A DNA stretch of 64,000 nucleotides, taken from assembly GCA_964016885.1 (NCBI GenBank), contig OZ024741.1, positions 413,788,001 to 413,852,000 on the forward strand, given 5' to 3'. Made by a program: the position numbers and the translations under genes. Shown piece by piece: positions 61,801 to 64,000 of the stretch. Positions within the stretch are counted from its first letter, which is position 1. Each line of letters begins with the position of its first letter. The notes below the pieces were generated by a model. That model searched no databases and was not told the origin of the DNA. It saw only the letters and a list, made by a program, of their open reading frames with translations. Source of the stretch: Eledone cirrhosa (lineage: Eukaryota).

Positions 61801-64000
61801 ACCACTTTACAGTTTGGACTGAGGACCTTTATCATGTCCCCGACATGACCACTTTACAGTGTGGACTGAGGACCTTTGTCATGTCCCCGACATGACCACT
61901 TTACAGTGTGGACTGAGGACCTTTGTCATGTCACGGACATTACCACTTTACAGTGTGGACTGAGGACCTTTGTCATTTCACGGACATTACCACTTTACAG
62001 TGTGGACTGAGGACCTTTATCACGTCCCCAACATGACCACTTTACAATGTGGACTGAGGACCTTTGTCATGTCACTGACACAACCACTTTACAGTGTGGA
62101 CTGAGGACCTTTGACATGTCACCTACATGACCACATTACAGTGTGGACTGAGGACCTTTGTCATGTCCCCGACATGACCACTTTACAGTGTGGACTGAGG
62201 ACCTTTGTCATGTCACGAACATTACCACTTTACAGTGTGGACTGAGGACCTTTGTCATGTCCCCGACATGACCACTTTACAATGTGGACTGAGGACCTTT
62301 GTCATGTCACGGACATTACCACTTTACAGTGTGGACTGAGGACCTTTATCACGTCCCCAACATGACCACTTTACAATGTGGACTGAGGACCTTTGTCATG
62401 TCACTGACACAACCACTTTCCAGTGTGGACTGAGGACCTTTGACATGTCACCTACATGACCACATTACAGTGTGGACTGAGGACCTTTGTCATGTCACTG
62501 ACATGACCACTTTACAGTGTGGACTGAGGACCTTTGTCATGTCACTGACACGACCACTTTAAACTGTGGACTGAGGACCTTTGTCATGTCACCATGACCA
62601 CTTTACAGTGTGGACTCAGGACCTTTGTCATGTCACTGACATGACCACTTTAAACTGTGGACTGAGGACCTTTGTCATGTCACCATGACCACGTTACCGT
62701 GTGGAATGAGGACCTTTGTCATGTCAACTACATGACCACTTTACAGTGTGGACTGAGGACCTTTGTCATGTGACCGACATGACCACTCTACAGTGTGGAC
62801 TGAGGACCTTTGCCATGTCACCTACATGACCACTTTACGGTGTGGACTGAGGACCTTTATCATGCCCTCGACATGACTACTTTACAGTGTGGACTGAGGA
62901 CCTTTGTCATGTCACTGACACGACCACTTTGCAGTGTGGACTGAGGACCTTTGTCATGTCACCATGACCACGTTACCGTGTGGACTGAGGACCTTTGTCA
63001 TGTTACCGACACGACCAAGTTACAGTGTGGACTGAGGACCTTTGTCATGTGACCGACATGACAACTCTACAGTGTGGACTGAGGACCTTTGTCATGTCAC
63101 CGACATGACCACTCTACAGTGTGGACTGAGGACCTTTGTCATGTCACCTACATGACCACTTTACAGTGTAGACTGAGGACCTTTATCATGTCCCCGACAT
63201 GACCACTTTACAGTGTGGACTGAGGACCTTTGTCATGTCCCCGACATGACCACTTTACAGTGTGGACTGAGGACCTTTGTCATGTCACCGACATGACCAC
63301 TTTACAGTGTGGACTGAGGACTTTTGTCATGTCACCAGCATGACCACTTTACAGTGTGGACTGAGGAACCTTGTCATGTCCCTGACATGACCACTTTACA
63401 GTGTGGACTGAGGATCTTTGTCATGTCACCGACATGACCACTTTACAGTGTGGACTGAGGACCTTTGTCATGTCACCAACTTGACCACTTTACAGTGTGG
63501 ACTGAGGACCTTTGTCATGTCACCTACATGACCACTTTTCAGTGTGGACTGAGGACCTTTGTCATGTCACCAACACGACCACTTTACAATGTGGACTGAG
63601 GACCTTTGTCATGTTTCCGACACGACCACGTTACAGTGTGGACTGAGGACCTTTGTCATGTCACCGACACGTCCACTTTACAGTGTGGACTGAGCACCTT
63701 TGTCATGTGACCGACATGACCTCTCTACAGTGTGGACTGAGGACCTTTGTCATGTCACCGACATGACCACTCTACAGTGTGGACTGAGGACCTTGGCCAT
63801 GTCACCTACACGACCACTTTACAGTGTGGACTTAGGACCTTTGTCATGTCACCTACATGACCACTTTACAGTGTGTACTGAGGCCCTTTGTCATGTCACC
63901 TACATGACCACTTTACAGTGTGGACTGAGGACCTTTATCACGTCCCCAACACAACCACTTTACAGTGTGGACTGAGGATCTTTGTCATGTCACCTACATG

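Larger units (their letters stand above)
1..64000 (+). repeat. 47-bp tandem satellite array, ~1,360 head-to-tail monomers, truncated by both window edges
   Basis: The monomer GACCACTTTACAGTGTGGACTGAGGACCTTTGTCATGTCACCGACAT (exact copy at 611-657) recurs continuously. Distances between rare variants are multiples of 47 (1410=30x47, 2068=44x47, 2444=52x47, 3666=78x47) or a few bp less where deletion monomers occur. No non-repeat sequence seen. Confidence 0.99.

Noticed and set aside
10161-63975. Eleven 67-112 aa ORFs with C/H-rich, zinc-finger-looking translations
   Set aside because: All are translations of the 47-bp repeat, extended where an indel or substitution skips a TGA, and they start at TTG within the monomer. 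They lack C2H2 spacing and TGEKP linkers. Their recurrence simply tracks the block duplications.
1-64000. CRISPR array (palindromic repeat with a variable segment)
   Set aside because: The variable part is only ~8 nt and consists of point variants of one sequence, not unique 25-45-nt spacers. No leader or cas genes are present.
1-64000. Integron attC, recombinase-site or diversity-generating cassette array; information-coding 'barcode'
   Set aside because: There is no cargo between repeats and no recombinase or reverse transcriptase gene. The variation is not adenine-specific. Variant order is explained by block duplication plus point mutation.
1-64000. Nucleosome-length periodicity (3x47=141, 4x47=188)
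   Set aside because: No 3- or 4-monomer periodicity of variants is visible. It is a numerical coincidence unless MNase data show phasing.

Overview
The whole 64-kb window is one uninterrupted, single-orientation tandem array of a 47-bp monomer. The consensus is GACCACTTTACAGTGTGGACTGAGGACCTTTGTCATGTCACCGACAT (about 49% GC, about 1,360 copies), and the array runs off both ends. I see no unique sequence, credible gene, RNA gene, mobile-element insertion, inversion or CRISPR spacers. The listed ORFs are chance stop-free runs through the repeat. The best interpretation is a eukaryotic-type satellite or large minisatellite. Its informative structure is internal: an 8-bp inverted repeat in each monomer, a hypervariable patch centred on two CpGs with a methyl-CpG deamination-like pattern, a possible ancient ~23/24-bp dimer origin, and a patchwork of irregular multi-kb block duplications (near-multiples of 47 bp) with position-restricted variants. 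I cannot name the satellite family or host, and the sequence alone does not support a new gene-based system.
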